The translations under genes were made by a program, and so were the position numbers. 64,000 bases of DNA from an uncultured Actinotalea sp. GTDB lineage: Bacteria > Actinomycetota > Actinomycetes > Actinomycetales > Cellulomonadaceae. Positions 1 through 8,283 of the stretch are shown here, in pieces (the stretch's first letter is position 1; each line of letters opens with the position of its first letter). The notes beneath the pieces are model-generated. The model was not told the origin of the DNA and ran no database searches. It saw nothing but the letters and a program-made list of their open reading frames with translations. The DNA lies in the NCBI GenBank assembly GCA_964416715.1, contig CAYQFJ010000002.1, positions 15,523 through 79,522 on the forward strand. Direction: 5' to 3'.

Positions 1-9
1 GTCCGGTAC

Positions 10-402
10 GTGGACCTACCACGGGACGTCGCCCGGCTGCAGGTCTCCGGGACGGATCTCCCCCGGGTGTCCCCTCCCACCCGCCGCGTCATCGACACCC
101 ACGTCGACATGCGGCAACCCATGTTGCCGGTGCGTCTGGCCGTCCTCACGTCCCTGACGACCGGGAAGGCGGCCGCTCAGGCCGCGCACGCCCTGTTCGG
201 GTGGGCACTCCAGGCCGACGCCGACGCCCTCGAGGCGTGGGCACACAGACCACTGGACGCGCCCGTCGACCTCGCCGACCCCTCAGTGCTGGCCGCCGAA
301 GCCGGACGCCCCGGTGTGATCGCCATCCATGACGCAGGGTTCACCGAGGTCGCCCCGCACACCCTGACCGCTGTCGCGGTCCCGACCCGGAGGCAGCCGT
401 GA
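10..402 (+). CDS. Peptidyl-tRNA hydrolase (PTH2-like) family protein, probably 5'-truncated by the window
   Basis: PTH2-type motifs TTGKAAAQAAHA and IHDAGFTEVAPHTLTAVA; reading frame open from the window start. Confidence 0.7.
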   Translation: MDLPRDVARLQVSGTDLPRVSPPTRRVIDTHVDMRQPMLPVRLAVLTSLTTGKAAAQAAHALFGWALQADADALEAWAHRPLDAPVDLADPSVLAAEAGRPGVIAIHDAGFTEVAPHTLTAVAVPTRRQP

Positions 403-680
403 ACGACACGACCACCCCTGTCACCCCGACCGAGGCGCAGTGCACCCCGCTGCGGGCCACCCGGCTCGGGGGTTACGACCTGGACGCCGTCGACGACTTC
501 CTCGACGACGTGGCGGACACGCTCCGCTGCGTGGGTGCCGGGCACCCGGCCGACTTGACCGTGTCGGACGTCGTGGCCGTCCGGCTGCCGCGGGCCCCGT
601 TGGGTGTCATCGGGTACAACCGCCGCCAGGTCGACGAGCTGCTCGACCGGGTTGCTGACACGCTGGAGAGCGCTGCCTGA
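399..680 (+). CDS. DivIVA-domain repeat protein
   Basis: Two DivIVA N-terminal-type motifs, RLGGYDLDAVDDFLD and IGYNRRQVDELLD; GTGA overlap with the upstream gene. Confidence 0.75.
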   Translation: MNDTTTPVTPTEAQCTPLRATRLGGYDLDAVDDFLDDVADTLRCVGAGHPADLTVSDVVAVRLPRAPLGVIGYNRRQVDELLDRVADTLESAA

Positions 681-1330
681 TGGAACTGAACAAGATGACC
701 GGCTGGGCGATCTCCGGCCTGGCGACCGACAAGCAGGGGGCCCTGAGCGACCCACGGGTGAACGCTGGCTCCCCGTTACTGACCGGCGGGGCGTCGTTGA
801 CCGACTTCCAGTCCGTCCTGACCGGGATCGACGCGGTCACCCACGCCGACCCCGCCCTGAGCGACGACGAACCGTCGCGGGCGGTCGTGCACGACCCGGT
901 CGGCGGGATCCCCGGGGTCCTGGTCGTGCGACCCGTTTGGTTGCCGTCGTGGCACCGGGTCGGGGACGACATCGACCGTGCCGCAGAGCTCGGCACGCAC
1001 GTTCCTGCGGCCCGCCTTGAGTTCTTGCCGTCAGCGGTCTGGCCGTACTCGTCAGAGTTCATGGACGCTGTCACCGGAGAGGATCTCGACCCACCTGCTG
1101 GTGCGTTCGTCCGCGCGGCCGCGTCGGCGGACATCGCCGCGATGGACGGGGCATCGCGGGACGAGCTCGCGCGCTCGACGGTCGGCTTCGACACGTTCGA
1201 GGAGGCGCAACGTCGCACCGTCCCCCGGGTGCCGTCGGCGATCCGGGCCCTGGTGAAGTGGGGCCGGCTGTTCCACGACCCAGCGATGGTGAACCAGCTC
1301 CGACCGGCGTTGTACACGTGGTGGTCGTAG
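680..1330 (+). CDS. Hypothetical protein
   Basis: 216-aa ORF translationally coupled to the DivIVA gene (TGATG); normal codon bias. Confidence 0.6.
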   Translation: MELNKMTGWAISGLATDKQGALSDPRVNAGSPLLTGGASLTDFQSVLTGIDAVTHADPALSDDEPSRAVVHDPVGGIPGVLVVRPVWLPSWHRVGDDIDRAAELGTHVPAARLEFLPSAVWPYSSEFMDAVTGEDLDPPAGAFVRAAASADIAAMDGASRDELARSTVGFDTFEEAQRRTVPRVPSAIRALVKWGRLFHDPAMVNQLRPALYTWWS

Positions 1331-1339
1331 TTCTCGGTG

Positions 1340-1347
1340 CCGCACAT
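1340..1347 (+). promoter_or_regulatory. CCGCACAT start-associated motif (TG class)
   Basis: GTGCCGCACAT + 9 nt + ATG 1357. Confidence 0.75.
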
Positions 1348-1356
1348 CTGTCCACC

Positions 1357-1656
1357 ATGGGAAGAGGCAGGACGCGTCGCTTGTACAACCAGCCACCACG
1401 TGACGACTTCGTCATCCACGGCTCGCTGGGCTTGGCGACGGTGCGCAAGGGCCAGCCGGACGGCAGCCGGGTGTACTCGGTGCAGGCCGCGGTCGAGGGC
1501 CACCCCGGCCTGTACCTGACCACCGGGATCACCGTCACCGAGATCGGCGGGGCGTTCACCACCAGCGTCACCTCAGCCGTCTACCCCGACCTGCCCTGCG
1601 CGCTTACCGCGACCGTCGACCACTTGCCGGGCACCCACCCGGCGTACGCCGCCTGA
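1357..1656 (+). CDS. Hypothetical protein
   Basis: Start re-assigned to MGRGRTRRLY from the motif spacing. Confidence 0.55.
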   Translation: MGRGRTRRLYNQPPRDDFVIHGSLGLATVRKGQPDGSRVYSVQAAVEGHPGLYLTTGITVTEIGGAFTTSVTSAVYPDLPCALTATVDHLPGTHPAYAA

Positions 1657-1667
1657 GAGGAACGACC

Positions 1668-2243
1668 ATGCCCGCCCCACGCCAGACCCTGCCCTCGATC
1701 ACCATGCGGTACGTGCGCGACGAGAACACCGGATCACTCGTGTGGGCCCTGGTGCTGTCCGACGGCAAGCAGTCCACCGAACCGGTGACCATCGCACCCG
1801 AGACCGCCGCCGGCATCGCGCAGATCGTCGACGTGGCACTGCCGCTGCCGGTCGACCTCGGCGGGGAACTGACCTCCGCCGAGCGTGTGGTGCGCACCGC
1901 GCACGTGCAGACCCTCGAAGCCCAGCTCGCCGCCGCTCAGGCCGGGTTGAAGGCCACCACCCCCGACAAGACGTCAGCGACGGCCGAGCCCGGCACCGAG
2001 GATGTGCCGGCGAAGCCTGCGTCGAAGCCGACCCGCAAGCGGTCCACGACGCGGTCGTCGAAGGCCAAGGCGGCAACGGTTCCACCGGTGGCCGACGAAC
2101 CACCGGTGCTCGAGACCGTCACCAGCGACACCCCGACGGCCGACGGTCCTCCGCTGCCCGACGAGCCACCGCACTTCGGTGACCTGCCGGAGCGTCTGCC
2201 GCGTTCGTCGCACCTGCGGGTCCCGCCGATCGACGAGTTCTGA
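1668..2243 (+). CDS. Hypothetical protein with a low-complexity Pro/Lys/Thr-rich C-terminal half
   Basis: GAGAGGA RBS upstream; 191-aa ORF. Confidence 0.55.
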   Translation: MPAPRQTLPSITMRYVRDENTGSLVWALVLSDGKQSTEPVTIAPETAAGIAQIVDVALPLPVDLGGELTSAERVVRTAHVQTLEAQLAAAQAGLKATTPDKTSATAEPGTEDVPAKPASKPTRKRSTTRSSKAKAATVPPVADEPPVLETVTSDTPTADGPPLPDEPPHFGDLPERLPRSSHLRVPPIDEF

Positions 2244-2267
2244 GCCCGTGCATGGGGCCGGAGCCCC

Positions 2268-2275
2268 CCGCACAT
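2268..2275 (+). promoter_or_regulatory. CCGCACAT motif (C class)
   Basis: CCCCGCACAT + 9 nt + ATG 2285. Confidence 0.75.
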
Positions 2276-2284
2276 CCACCTGAC

Positions 2285-2926
2285 ATGAGCATGCACGCAC
2301 ATCCACGCCAGCCCGCAGGTGTCCCGTCCGGGGGCCAGTTCGCCACGGTCGCCCGTACCGAACCGGCGGTCGACCTGGTGACTCCCGGCTACACCCCCGG
2401 GCCGTCTGCGTCCCGACCAGCGGACCGGTCACCGGAGCACGCGCGCCTGGCGGACCTGGGTGTGCCGGCGGGCAAGCTGTCGCTGCTGGCCCCGGTCGAG
2501 GCGAAGTCGGTCCTCGGTTCGATGCCCCCGCAGGGGTTGGCGGACCGGGATGAGGCCCGGGCGACGGTGGATGCGTACCTGCGGTGGCGGGACCTCGCGG
2601 ACACCGGGAAGGTGCACGAGCTTCGGGCCCGCCGGATCCTCGACGAGGCCACCGGTCAGCTCGCGGCCGCCCAGCGCGGACTCGTCGACGCCAACGAGCA
2701 GGCCAGTACGGGGTCCGCGGACGGGACGCTGCTGCAGGACGAGGCCGCACAGGACGTCAGTGTTGCGGTGCGCCGGTTCGACGACGCCCGGGCGGACCTG
2801 CGCTACCTGACCGACCCGCAGTGGCGGGAAGCGTCCGGCGCCTTGTCGATGGCGGACTACTTCGCCCTGCACGGGGCACGGCGGCGGTTCGCGAACGGCG
2901 CGTACCGGGGTCAGGTGCACATGTAG
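2285..2926 (+). CDS. GGQF-tag protein 1, hypothetical
   Basis: N-terminus MSMHAHPRQPAGVPSGGQFATVARTEPAVDL. Confidence 0.7.
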   Translation: MSMHAHPRQPAGVPSGGQFATVARTEPAVDLVTPGYTPGPSASRPADRSPEHARLADLGVPAGKLSLLAPVEAKSVLGSMPPQGLADRDEARATVDAYLRWRDLADTGKVHELRARRILDEATGQLAAAQRGLVDANEQASTGSADGTLLQDEAAQDVSVAVRRFDDARADLRYLTDPQWREASGALSMADYFALHGARRRFANGAYRGQVHM

Positions 2927-2943
2927 CCCGGCCCGGTCGTGTG

Positions 2944-2951
2944 CCGCACAT
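2944..2951 (+). promoter_or_regulatory. CCGCACAT motif (TG class)
   Basis: GTGCCGCACAT + 9 nt + ATG 2961. Confidence 0.75.
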
Positions 2952-2960
2952 AGGGACCTC

Positions 2961-3182
2961 ATGGACACCAACGTGACGACCAGGCCAGCGATCGACATCC
3001 TCGCGTCCCTGCCCGTGGGTGCGGTGTTCTCCGCGAACGGGCGCAGCTACCAGATGGGCAACGGGTTCGAGCTGTACCCGGCGGCCGGCAGGGGCACGTT
3101 CAACGTGCACGACCCGTCCGGGCGCGTTGCGCGCCTGAACGTGAAGCCGACGACACGGGTCACTGTCCACGGGCCCCGCTGA
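2961..3182 (+). CDS. Small hypothetical protein (73 aa)
   Basis: Motif-anchored ATG; fills the gap between two tagged genes. Confidence 0.6.
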   Translation: MDTNVTTRPAIDILASLPVGAVFSANGRSYQMGNGFELYPAAGRGTFNVHDPSGRVARLNVKPTTRVTVHGPR

Positions 3183-3185
3183 ACC

Positions 3186-3193
3186 CCGCACAT
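3186..3193 (+). promoter_or_regulatory. CCGCACAT motif (C class)
   Basis: CCCCGCACAT + 9 nt + ATG 3203. Confidence 0.75.
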
Positions 3194-3202
3194 CCACTAG
3201 GC

Positions 3203-4009
3203 ATGAGCGCACTGGACCGTCCTCGTCAACCCGCCGGAACCGCGACCGGGGGTCAGTTCCGTGCGACCGAACGAACCGAGCCGGAGATCGACCTGCCCGT
3301 CGACCCCTCCCCGCAGGACGCGGCCACCGCACGACTGGACGAGTCGCTGGTACAGGGTGCCAAGCTGGCGGACCGGATTAGCAAGGCCCGCGAGATCCTG
3401 GCCGGGGCGCGCCGTCGGCACCTGATCGCCGCGGGCCTGCCGGACCGGGTGGAAGACCAGATGTTCTGGTCCGAGCGCGTCGTGGCAGCCGAGGAGGACT
3501 TGGCGGACCTGCAGGGCCTGTACAACGGCACGGTGGTGGGGTTGGCACTGCTGGCGGAGCGTCACGACAGGGCGTGGCGGGACGTGCACGCCATGGGGTC
3601 CGGTCGTGAAGCGGTCGACCCGGAGTCGTACGCCGCGGCGGAGCAGGACCTGCGGCGCAGCACACGCGCCCTGGGCGAGGCGTCCGACCCGGACCTGGAA
3701 CCGGTACTTGTCGGGGAGGACTTGTCCGACAACCTCGGCGGCGAGTGGTCCAGCGTGGGGATGGTCGCGGCCGGCGTGACCGACCTGGACCGGGGCGAAC
3801 CGGCCGCGTGGGTGGTCTCGTTCGTAGACCTGCCCACACGCACCGAAGTCGGCCGGGTGACTGTCCCCAACGACACTGGCGCCAGTCGTCTGGACCGTGC
3901 GACGGCCCTCAACCACGTCCGTGCGCTGGCAGCAGACCCCGAGCGGTCAGGGGAGCTCACCGGAGGCCTGCTTGACCGCTTGCCGGTGCGCGTCGACCCG
4001 GCGGCGTGA
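3203..4009 (+). CDS. GGQF-tag protein 2, hypothetical
   Basis: MSALDRPRQPAGTATGGQFRATERTEPEIDL. Confidence 0.7.
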   Translation: MSALDRPRQPAGTATGGQFRATERTEPEIDLPVDPSPQDAATARLDESLVQGAKLADRISKAREILAGARRRHLIAAGLPDRVEDQMFWSERVVAAEEDLADLQGLYNGTVVGLALLAERHDRAWRDVHAMGSGREAVDPESYAAAEQDLRRSTRALGEASDPDLEPVLVGEDLSDNLGGEWSSVGMVAAGVTDLDRGEPAAWVVSFVDLPTRTEVGRVTVPNDTGASRLDRATALNHVRALAADPERSGELTGGLLDRLPVRVDPAA

Positions 4010-4019
4010 CCAGGCAGCC

Positions 4020-4027
4020 CCGCACAT
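4020..4027 (+). promoter_or_regulatory. CCGCACAT motif (C class)
   Basis: CCCCGCACAT + 9 nt + ATG 4037. Confidence 0.75.
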
Positions 4028-4036
4028 CCATCGGGC

Positions 4037-4540
4037 ATGACCTTCTTCCAGCGCCGGCAACCCAAGGGTGTCCCGACCGGGGGCCAGTTCGCGGTCACTG
4101 GCCGCGCAGAGACGGGCCCGGCCCTGACCGCGCCGACAACACGATCTTGGCGGCCTCAGGTGGAGGACGGCGTCGACCAGGCGTTGGGGGCCCTGGGCGA
4201 CGCGGTTGTACCCGACGACCCGGAGTTCCCGGCACCGGAGCACGCGACTGCGATGGACGCGCTGCACGATCTGGCGGACACGCTGCTGGAGCGTCGCGGA
4301 CTGGCGCCGCGGGCCGCTGGTGACGGGCGGCTCGTCGAGCTGCGCACCGCGGCGGCCGAACGGCTGGCGGTGGCGTCCTGGCCGCAGGAGAAACGGGACC
4401 TGCTGGTCTCGGCGCTCGGTGACGCGGATGTTGCCGGCAAGGCGGACCGTCTGGCCCGGATGACCCCGGGCCGCTACGCCGACCACGCCGTGCACTACCT
4501 GATGGCCCTGGGGCGAGCCCGCCGGGTGAGCGGTCAGTGA
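4037..4540 (+). CDS. GGQF-tag protein 3, hypothetical
   Basis: MTFFQRRQPKGVPTGGQFAVTGRAETGPAL. Confidence 0.7.
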   Translation: MTFFQRRQPKGVPTGGQFAVTGRAETGPALTAPTTRSWRPQVEDGVDQALGALGDAVVPDDPEFPAPEHATAMDALHDLADTLLERRGLAPRAAGDGRLVELRTAAAERLAVASWPQEKRDLLVSALGDADVAGKADRLARMTPGRYADHAVHYLMALGRARRVSGQ

Positions 4541-4585
4541 CGCACCCACCGGCTCCGGACGGGTGCTCGAGGCTGGTTCGAGTCC

Positions 4586-4593
4586 CCGCACAT
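4586..4593 (+). promoter_or_regulatory. CCGCACAT motif (C class)
   Basis: CCCCGCACAT + 9 nt + ATG 4603. Confidence 0.75.
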
Positions 4594-4602
4594 CCACCAG
4601 GC

Positions 4603-5331
4603 ATGAGCACAGAGACCCCCGCACGCCAACCAGCAGGTGCGCCCACTGGTGGGCAGTTCGCAGCCACCGCCCGCCAGGAGCCGGGGCTGAGCCTTTCCGA
4701 ACCACCCCGGAGGGTGGCGATGGGGATCAGCGCGCTGGTGGACCTGGACCCGTACGGGGTCGAAGACCTGCCGACGTGGCCTGGGACGCTCCCCGAACCG
4801 CGGGTGTCGTACGCATGGGACGAGGACGGCCTGCTGGAGACTACGGTGACGACCGGTTCGGACTCGTTCTGCGTGTTCGGCACCCCGAGGGACCCGGCCT
4901 GCTCGTTGGAGGATATGGCTGACGAGTTCGAGCACATCCCGCAGCCGGTGCGTGAGCAGGCGGCCGACTGGGCGTATCAGATGCACCAGAACGTGCACTC
5001 CCTGGTCGGGCAGGTCGAGTACGCGGCGCACACCCCGTCGATCCAACAGGCGGTCGTGTCGTTGGCCGCCGGCGGCGACGGTCAGGTGCAGGAGCCCGCT
5101 GCCGGCTCGCCCGGGTGGGTCGCACCTGCGGTCAAGGCTGCTTCCCGGGCTGAGACCAACCTCAAGGCGTGGTTCGGGACGCGGGACGTCGATGAGACGA
5201 CCATCCAGGACGTCCTGACCGATCTGTTGCACATGGCCCGCTCGCGCGGGATCACCCCGGCCGATCTCGAGGACGTCTTCCAGCGCGCCCAGGCCGTGGC
5301 TCGTGACGAGGTGGAACGCCCGGAGCTCTGA
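4603..5331 (+). CDS. GGQF-tag protein 4, hypothetical
   Basis: MSTETPARQPAGAPTGGQFAATARQEPGLSL; start re-assigned from 4537. Confidence 0.7.
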   Translation: MSTETPARQPAGAPTGGQFAATARQEPGLSLSEPPRRVAMGISALVDLDPYGVEDLPTWPGTLPEPRVSYAWDEDGLLETTVTTGSDSFCVFGTPRDPACSLEDMADEFEHIPQPVREQAADWAYQMHQNVHSLVGQVEYAAHTPSIQQAVVSLAAGGDGQVQEPAAGSPGWVAPAVKAASRAETNLKAWFGTRDVDETTIQDVLTDLLHMARSRGITPADLEDVFQRAQAVARDEVERPEL

Positions 5332-5356
5332 CCCGCCGGGTGCACGGCACGCATCC

Positions 5357-5364
5357 CCGCACAT
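5357..5364 (+). promoter_or_regulatory. CCGCACAT motif (C class)
   Basis: CCCCGCACAT + 9 nt + ATG 5374. Confidence 0.75.
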
Positions 5365-5373
5365 CATCCAGGC

Positions 5374-5847
5374 ATGAGCACACGCACCCAGAACCGTCAG
5401 CCCGCCGGCGTCCCCGTTGGGGGTCAGTTCGCCACGACGTCCCGCCCGGAGCCGGAGGTGGCGCTGTCGGGGGCTGAGATAGAGACCCTCACGGACTCCT
5501 ACCTCGAGTCTGCGCTGTTCTCGACGTCGAACGACGCGGGTGACGAGTCCCTGCTGGCGGACTACTCCGTGGAGGACGTCGACGACGCCGCACGTGAGCA
5601 GGCGACCGACGACATCGAGGGGTTCTTCGAGGCGAACGCTGAGCTGATCGCCCGAGCGAAGGACGCCGACCGGGGTTACTCCGACAGGCAGGTCGCCCAC
5701 GACTTCTGGCTGACCCGTAACGGCCACGGTGCCGGGTTCTGGGACCGTGGACTGGGCGAGGTCGGGGACGAACTGACGCAGGTCGCGAAGGCGTACGGGT
5801 CCGCCGACCTCTACGTCGGCGACGACGGCAAGATCCACCTGAGCTGA
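5374..5847 (+). CDS. GGQF-tag protein 5, acidic hypothetical protein
   Basis: MSTRTQNRQPAGVPVGGQFATTSRPEPEVAL; C-terminal AHDFWLTRNGHGAGFWDRG motif that I recall from phage hypothetical proteins. Confidence 0.7.
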   Translation: MSTRTQNRQPAGVPVGGQFATTSRPEPEVALSGAEIETLTDSYLESALFSTSNDAGDESLLADYSVEDVDDAAREQATDDIEGFFEANAELIARAKDADRGYSDRQVAHDFWLTRNGHGAGFWDRGLGEVGDELTQVAKAYGSADLYVGDDGKIHLS

Positions 5848-5857
5848 CCGCCGGCCC

Positions 5858-5865
5858 CCGCACAT
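5858..5865 (+). promoter_or_regulatory. CCGCACAT motif (C class)
   Basis: CCCCGCACAT + 9 nt + ATG 5875. Confidence 0.75.
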
Positions 5866-5874
5866 CACCTGGGT

Positions 5875-6645
5875 ATGAGCGCAACCACGCAGTCCCGTCA
5901 CCCTGCCGGTGTACCCGCCGGGGGCCAGTTCACCGCGACAGCCCGGCCCGAGTCCGGTGTCGGGCTGGCCCCGGTCATGACGGCCCGGATGCGTGACGAG
6001 GTCGCGATGGACCGGATCGCGTTGGCATTGGGGGCGGTGGACCAGTGGTCGACCGCTGACGACCTGGACGAGATCACCGGCCTGTTGGCCGCGTCGGGCC
6101 GCCCGCACCCGGGCGCGACCATCGACCCCGCGAGGTACCGGGCCCTGTTCGCCGAGTACCGGTCGGGGCGCACCGGACCGGTGGACACGACAGCACGCGC
6201 CCTCGACGACATGGCTCTGACGCTGGGCGGGAACCCATCCTGGTCGCCGGAGGACCTGGAGTCGGTCGCGGACCTCGTGGCTACGGCGGGGCTCCCCCAC
6301 CCCGGGGACGGCAGCCCTGATGAGTACATCGTGCAGGTGGCGATCGTGCGGGCGGCCCGTGCCACGTCGTACGAGGACGCCCAGTCGCGTCTTGCTGATG
6401 GGATCCAGCACTACCTGGACCGGCAGTTCGATGTGGGCGAGCTTGGTGTGGACCCGGCCGGGTTCACCGTGTACGTCGAGGAAGGCGACGACGGTACCCC
6501 CCATTACGGGTCGACGATCGACGTGCGCGGGTGGGGCGACATGGACGAGGACATCGACCTCGCCGGTACCCCGGCCGAGGAACTACTCGTCGAGCTGGTC
6601 CGGAACGCGCCGAAGCGTGGGCGGCTCGACCCCGTCGTCCGCTGA
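5875..6645 (+). CDS. GGQF-tag protein 6, hypothetical with an internal duplication
   Basis: MSATTQSRHPAGVPAGGQFTATARPESGVGL; repeat unit WSTADDLDEITGLLAASGRPHPG / WSPEDLESVADLVATAGLPHPG. Confidence 0.7.
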   Translation: MSATTQSRHPAGVPAGGQFTATARPESGVGLAPVMTARMRDEVAMDRIALALGAVDQWSTADDLDEITGLLAASGRPHPGATIDPARYRALFAEYRSGRTGPVDTTARALDDMALTLGGNPSWSPEDLESVADLVATAGLPHPGDGSPDEYIVQVAIVRAARATSYEDAQSRLADGIQHYLDRQFDVGELGVDPAGFTVYVEEGDDGTPHYGSTIDVRGWGDMDEDIDLAGTPAEELLVELVRNAPKRGRLDPVVR

Positions 6646-6649
6646 CCGG

Positions 6650-7501
6650 TCAGGCGGCGACCGCGGCGCTGAATGCTGTCCGCATCGCACGCAGCCCACG
6701 GTGGTGGAGCTGGCTGATCCGCGACAGGCTCACCCCGAACCTGGTGGCGATGTCTGTGAGCGGGACCTGTTCGAAGTAGTGCAGGACCAGGACGAGCTTG
6801 ACCCGGTCATCGAGGTGGCCGAGGCAGTCGAACAGGACCGCGCTGGTGGCCGCGTCGTCGTGCGCTTGGGCGGGGTCTGCTCCCGGCGCGATGACGATGT
6901 CGGCGGCCACGAGCTCACCGGCGCTTCCAGGTAGGGGCGCGTCGAGGGGGTGGATGTGGGTGGCGGTGATCTCTGCGATGGCGCGGGTGAGGCGGGCCGG
7001 GGTGAGGTCGACCTTGGCGGCGAGCTCTGCGTGGGAGGGTTCGCGTCCCAGGCGTTGCTCCAGGTGCCGTGCGGCGTTGTGGATCATCGTGGACTTGGCG
7101 CGGACGGTGCGGGGCGCCCAGTCGGTTGCGCGGTGCTCGTCGATGATCGCCCCGCGGATCCGCCCGTACGCGTACGCCTCGAACACCTGCTGCTTGCTGG
7201 GGTCGAACTTCTCCAGTGCGTCGATGAGTCCGAACATGCCGCCGGAGATCATGTCGTCGAGCTCGACGTGGGGTGGCATGGCGGCCGCGGTGCGTCGGGC
7301 GATCTTGGTGACCAGTGGGGCGTAGTGCAGGATCAGCCGCTCTCGTGCGGCCGGGTCCCCCTCGTGGTGCGCCTTCCACACCTGATCCAGGTTTGCGGGG
7401 GTCTCAGGGTGGGGCGGCCCGGCGCAGCGCAGGTGTGGGCGTGCGGTTCGCGTGGGGGTGTTGCGGGTCGTGGCCGAACGCTCCAGGGTGGCGTGGCTCA
7501 T
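6650..7501 (-). CDS. FliA/WhiG-family (sigma-28-like) RNA polymerase sigma factor
   Basis: ARERLILHYAPLV, DDMISGGMFGLIDALEKFDP, YAYGRIRGAIIDEHRATDWAPRTVR, region 4 IATRFGVSLSRISQLH; GGAGG RBS before MSHATLERS. Confidence 0.92.
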   Translation of the reverse strand: MSHATLERSATTRNTPTRTARPHLRCAGPPHPETPANLDQVWKAHHEGDPAARERLILHYAPLVTKIARRTAAAMPPHVELDDMISGGMFGLIDALEKFDPSKQQVFEAYAYGRIRGAIIDEHRATDWAPRTVRAKSTMIHNAARHLEQRLGREPSHAELAAKVDLTPARLTRAIAEITATHIHPLDAPLPGSAGELVAADIVIAPGADPAQAHDDAATSAVLFDCLGHLDDRVKLVLVLHYFEQVPLTDIATRFGVSLSRISQLHHRGLRAMRTAFSAAVAA

Positions 7502-7543
7502 TGTCGTGCGGACCTCCGGGGTGGTGCGTGGCGAACCGTGCCA

Positions 7544-7555
7544 GTGTATGTACAG
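7544..7555. promoter_or_regulatory. Pilus-regulon operator half-site upstream of the sigma gene
   Basis: GTGTATGTACAG. Confidence 0.5.
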
Positions 7556-7653
7556 TTCGGTCGCATTGGGTTCGTCGACACCCGAGTTTCGGCGGGTCGG
7601 CCTGTTGGCTCCCGCTCTCGCGGGTCCGCCGGGTACGTTGATGTGAGGACGGA

Positions 7654-7664
7654 GTGTATGTACA
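7654..7664. promoter_or_regulatory. Pilus-regulon operator half-site upstream of the first pilin
   Basis: GTGTATGTACA. Confidence 0.5.
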
Positions 7665-7686
7665 TCACCGATCGGGAGGTTGTGCG

Positions 7687-8157
7687 TTGCGAGCACGCAG
7701 GACGGCGCCCGATGCGGGGTTCACGCTCATCGAGCTGACGGTCGTCGTCGTCATCGTCGCAACGCTCGCGGCGATCGCGGTCCCGGTGTTCATGGGCCAG
7801 CGTGTGCGAGCCATCGACGCGACGGTCTTGTCGGACCTCAAGAGCCTCGCCCAGGGTGCGGAGAACTACTTCGCCCGGGAGCAGCGCTACCCCGGCGCGG
7901 CGGCCGACTTCGCGTGGGGTGCGACGGTCAGCACGACGCGCGGTAACGAGTTCGTCGCGTTCAGTGACCAGGTCACCGGGTACGTCGTGTTCGGCAAGGG
8001 TGCCGGTTCGACGACCGTGTTCGTGCTGTCCTCCTACGAGGGGTCGGGGCCTCGGAGCACCGACCTGGTCGGACTGCCCGTGACGGGTCCTGGCGCCGGC
8101 CAGTTCGGGCCGGCGCAGCCGGACCTGGGGTCGACCACCGCGATCCCGGTCCCCTGA
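7687..8157 (+). CDS. Type IV pilin (prepilin N-terminal cleavage/methylation motif)
   Basis: DAG|FTLIELTVVVVIVATLAAIAVPVF; probable TTG start after GGAGG (ORF track start 7654). Confidence 0.88.
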   Translation: MRARRTAPDAGFTLIELTVVVVIVATLAAIAVPVFMGQRVRAIDATVLSDLKSLAQGAENYFAREQRYPGAAADFAWGATVSTTRGNEFVAFSDQVTGYVVFGKGAGSTTVFVLSSYEGSGPRSTDLVGLPVTGPGAGQFGPAQPDLGSTTAIPVP

Positions 8158-8176
8158 TCGTCGCGACACGCCGCGC

Positions 8177-8200
8177 GTGTATGTACGAACTGACATACAC
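8177..8200. promoter_or_regulatory. 24-bp imperfect palindromic operator
   Basis: GTGTATGTACGAACTGACATACAC upstream of the major pilin. Confidence 0.7.
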
Positions 8201-8283
8201 CCTGGTAGCGTCACTGGTGGATTCGCGACGCGGGTCTACCCCAGGGCGCGGGGGTTGAGAACTTGTCCTCCTGGAGATCAACC

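Noticed and set aside
3186-3202. CCGCACAT as an unusual Shine-Dalgarno sequence
   Set aside because: It is not complementary to the standard anti-SD (CCUCC), and some copies lie far upstream of genes that have their own GGAG-type RBS.
4561-4600. GGTTCGAGTCCC resembles a tRNA T-loop
   Set aside because: The flanks do not form a 5-bp T stem, and no acceptor or anticodon arms are evident; it is part of a small hairpin before the CCGCACAT motif.
4534-6504. 656-aa minus-strand ORF
   Set aside because: Antisense to three tagged genes with clear starts; no recognisable motifs.
1340-6645. Repeated motif read as CRISPR repeats or integron attC sites
   Set aside because: The conserved core is only 8-11 nt, is non-palindromic and is separated by whole genes; no cas gene or tyrosine integrase is in the window.
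6650-7501. Sigma factor taken as evidence of a flagellar or sporulation locus
   Set aside because: No flagellar, chemotaxis or whi genes are in the window.
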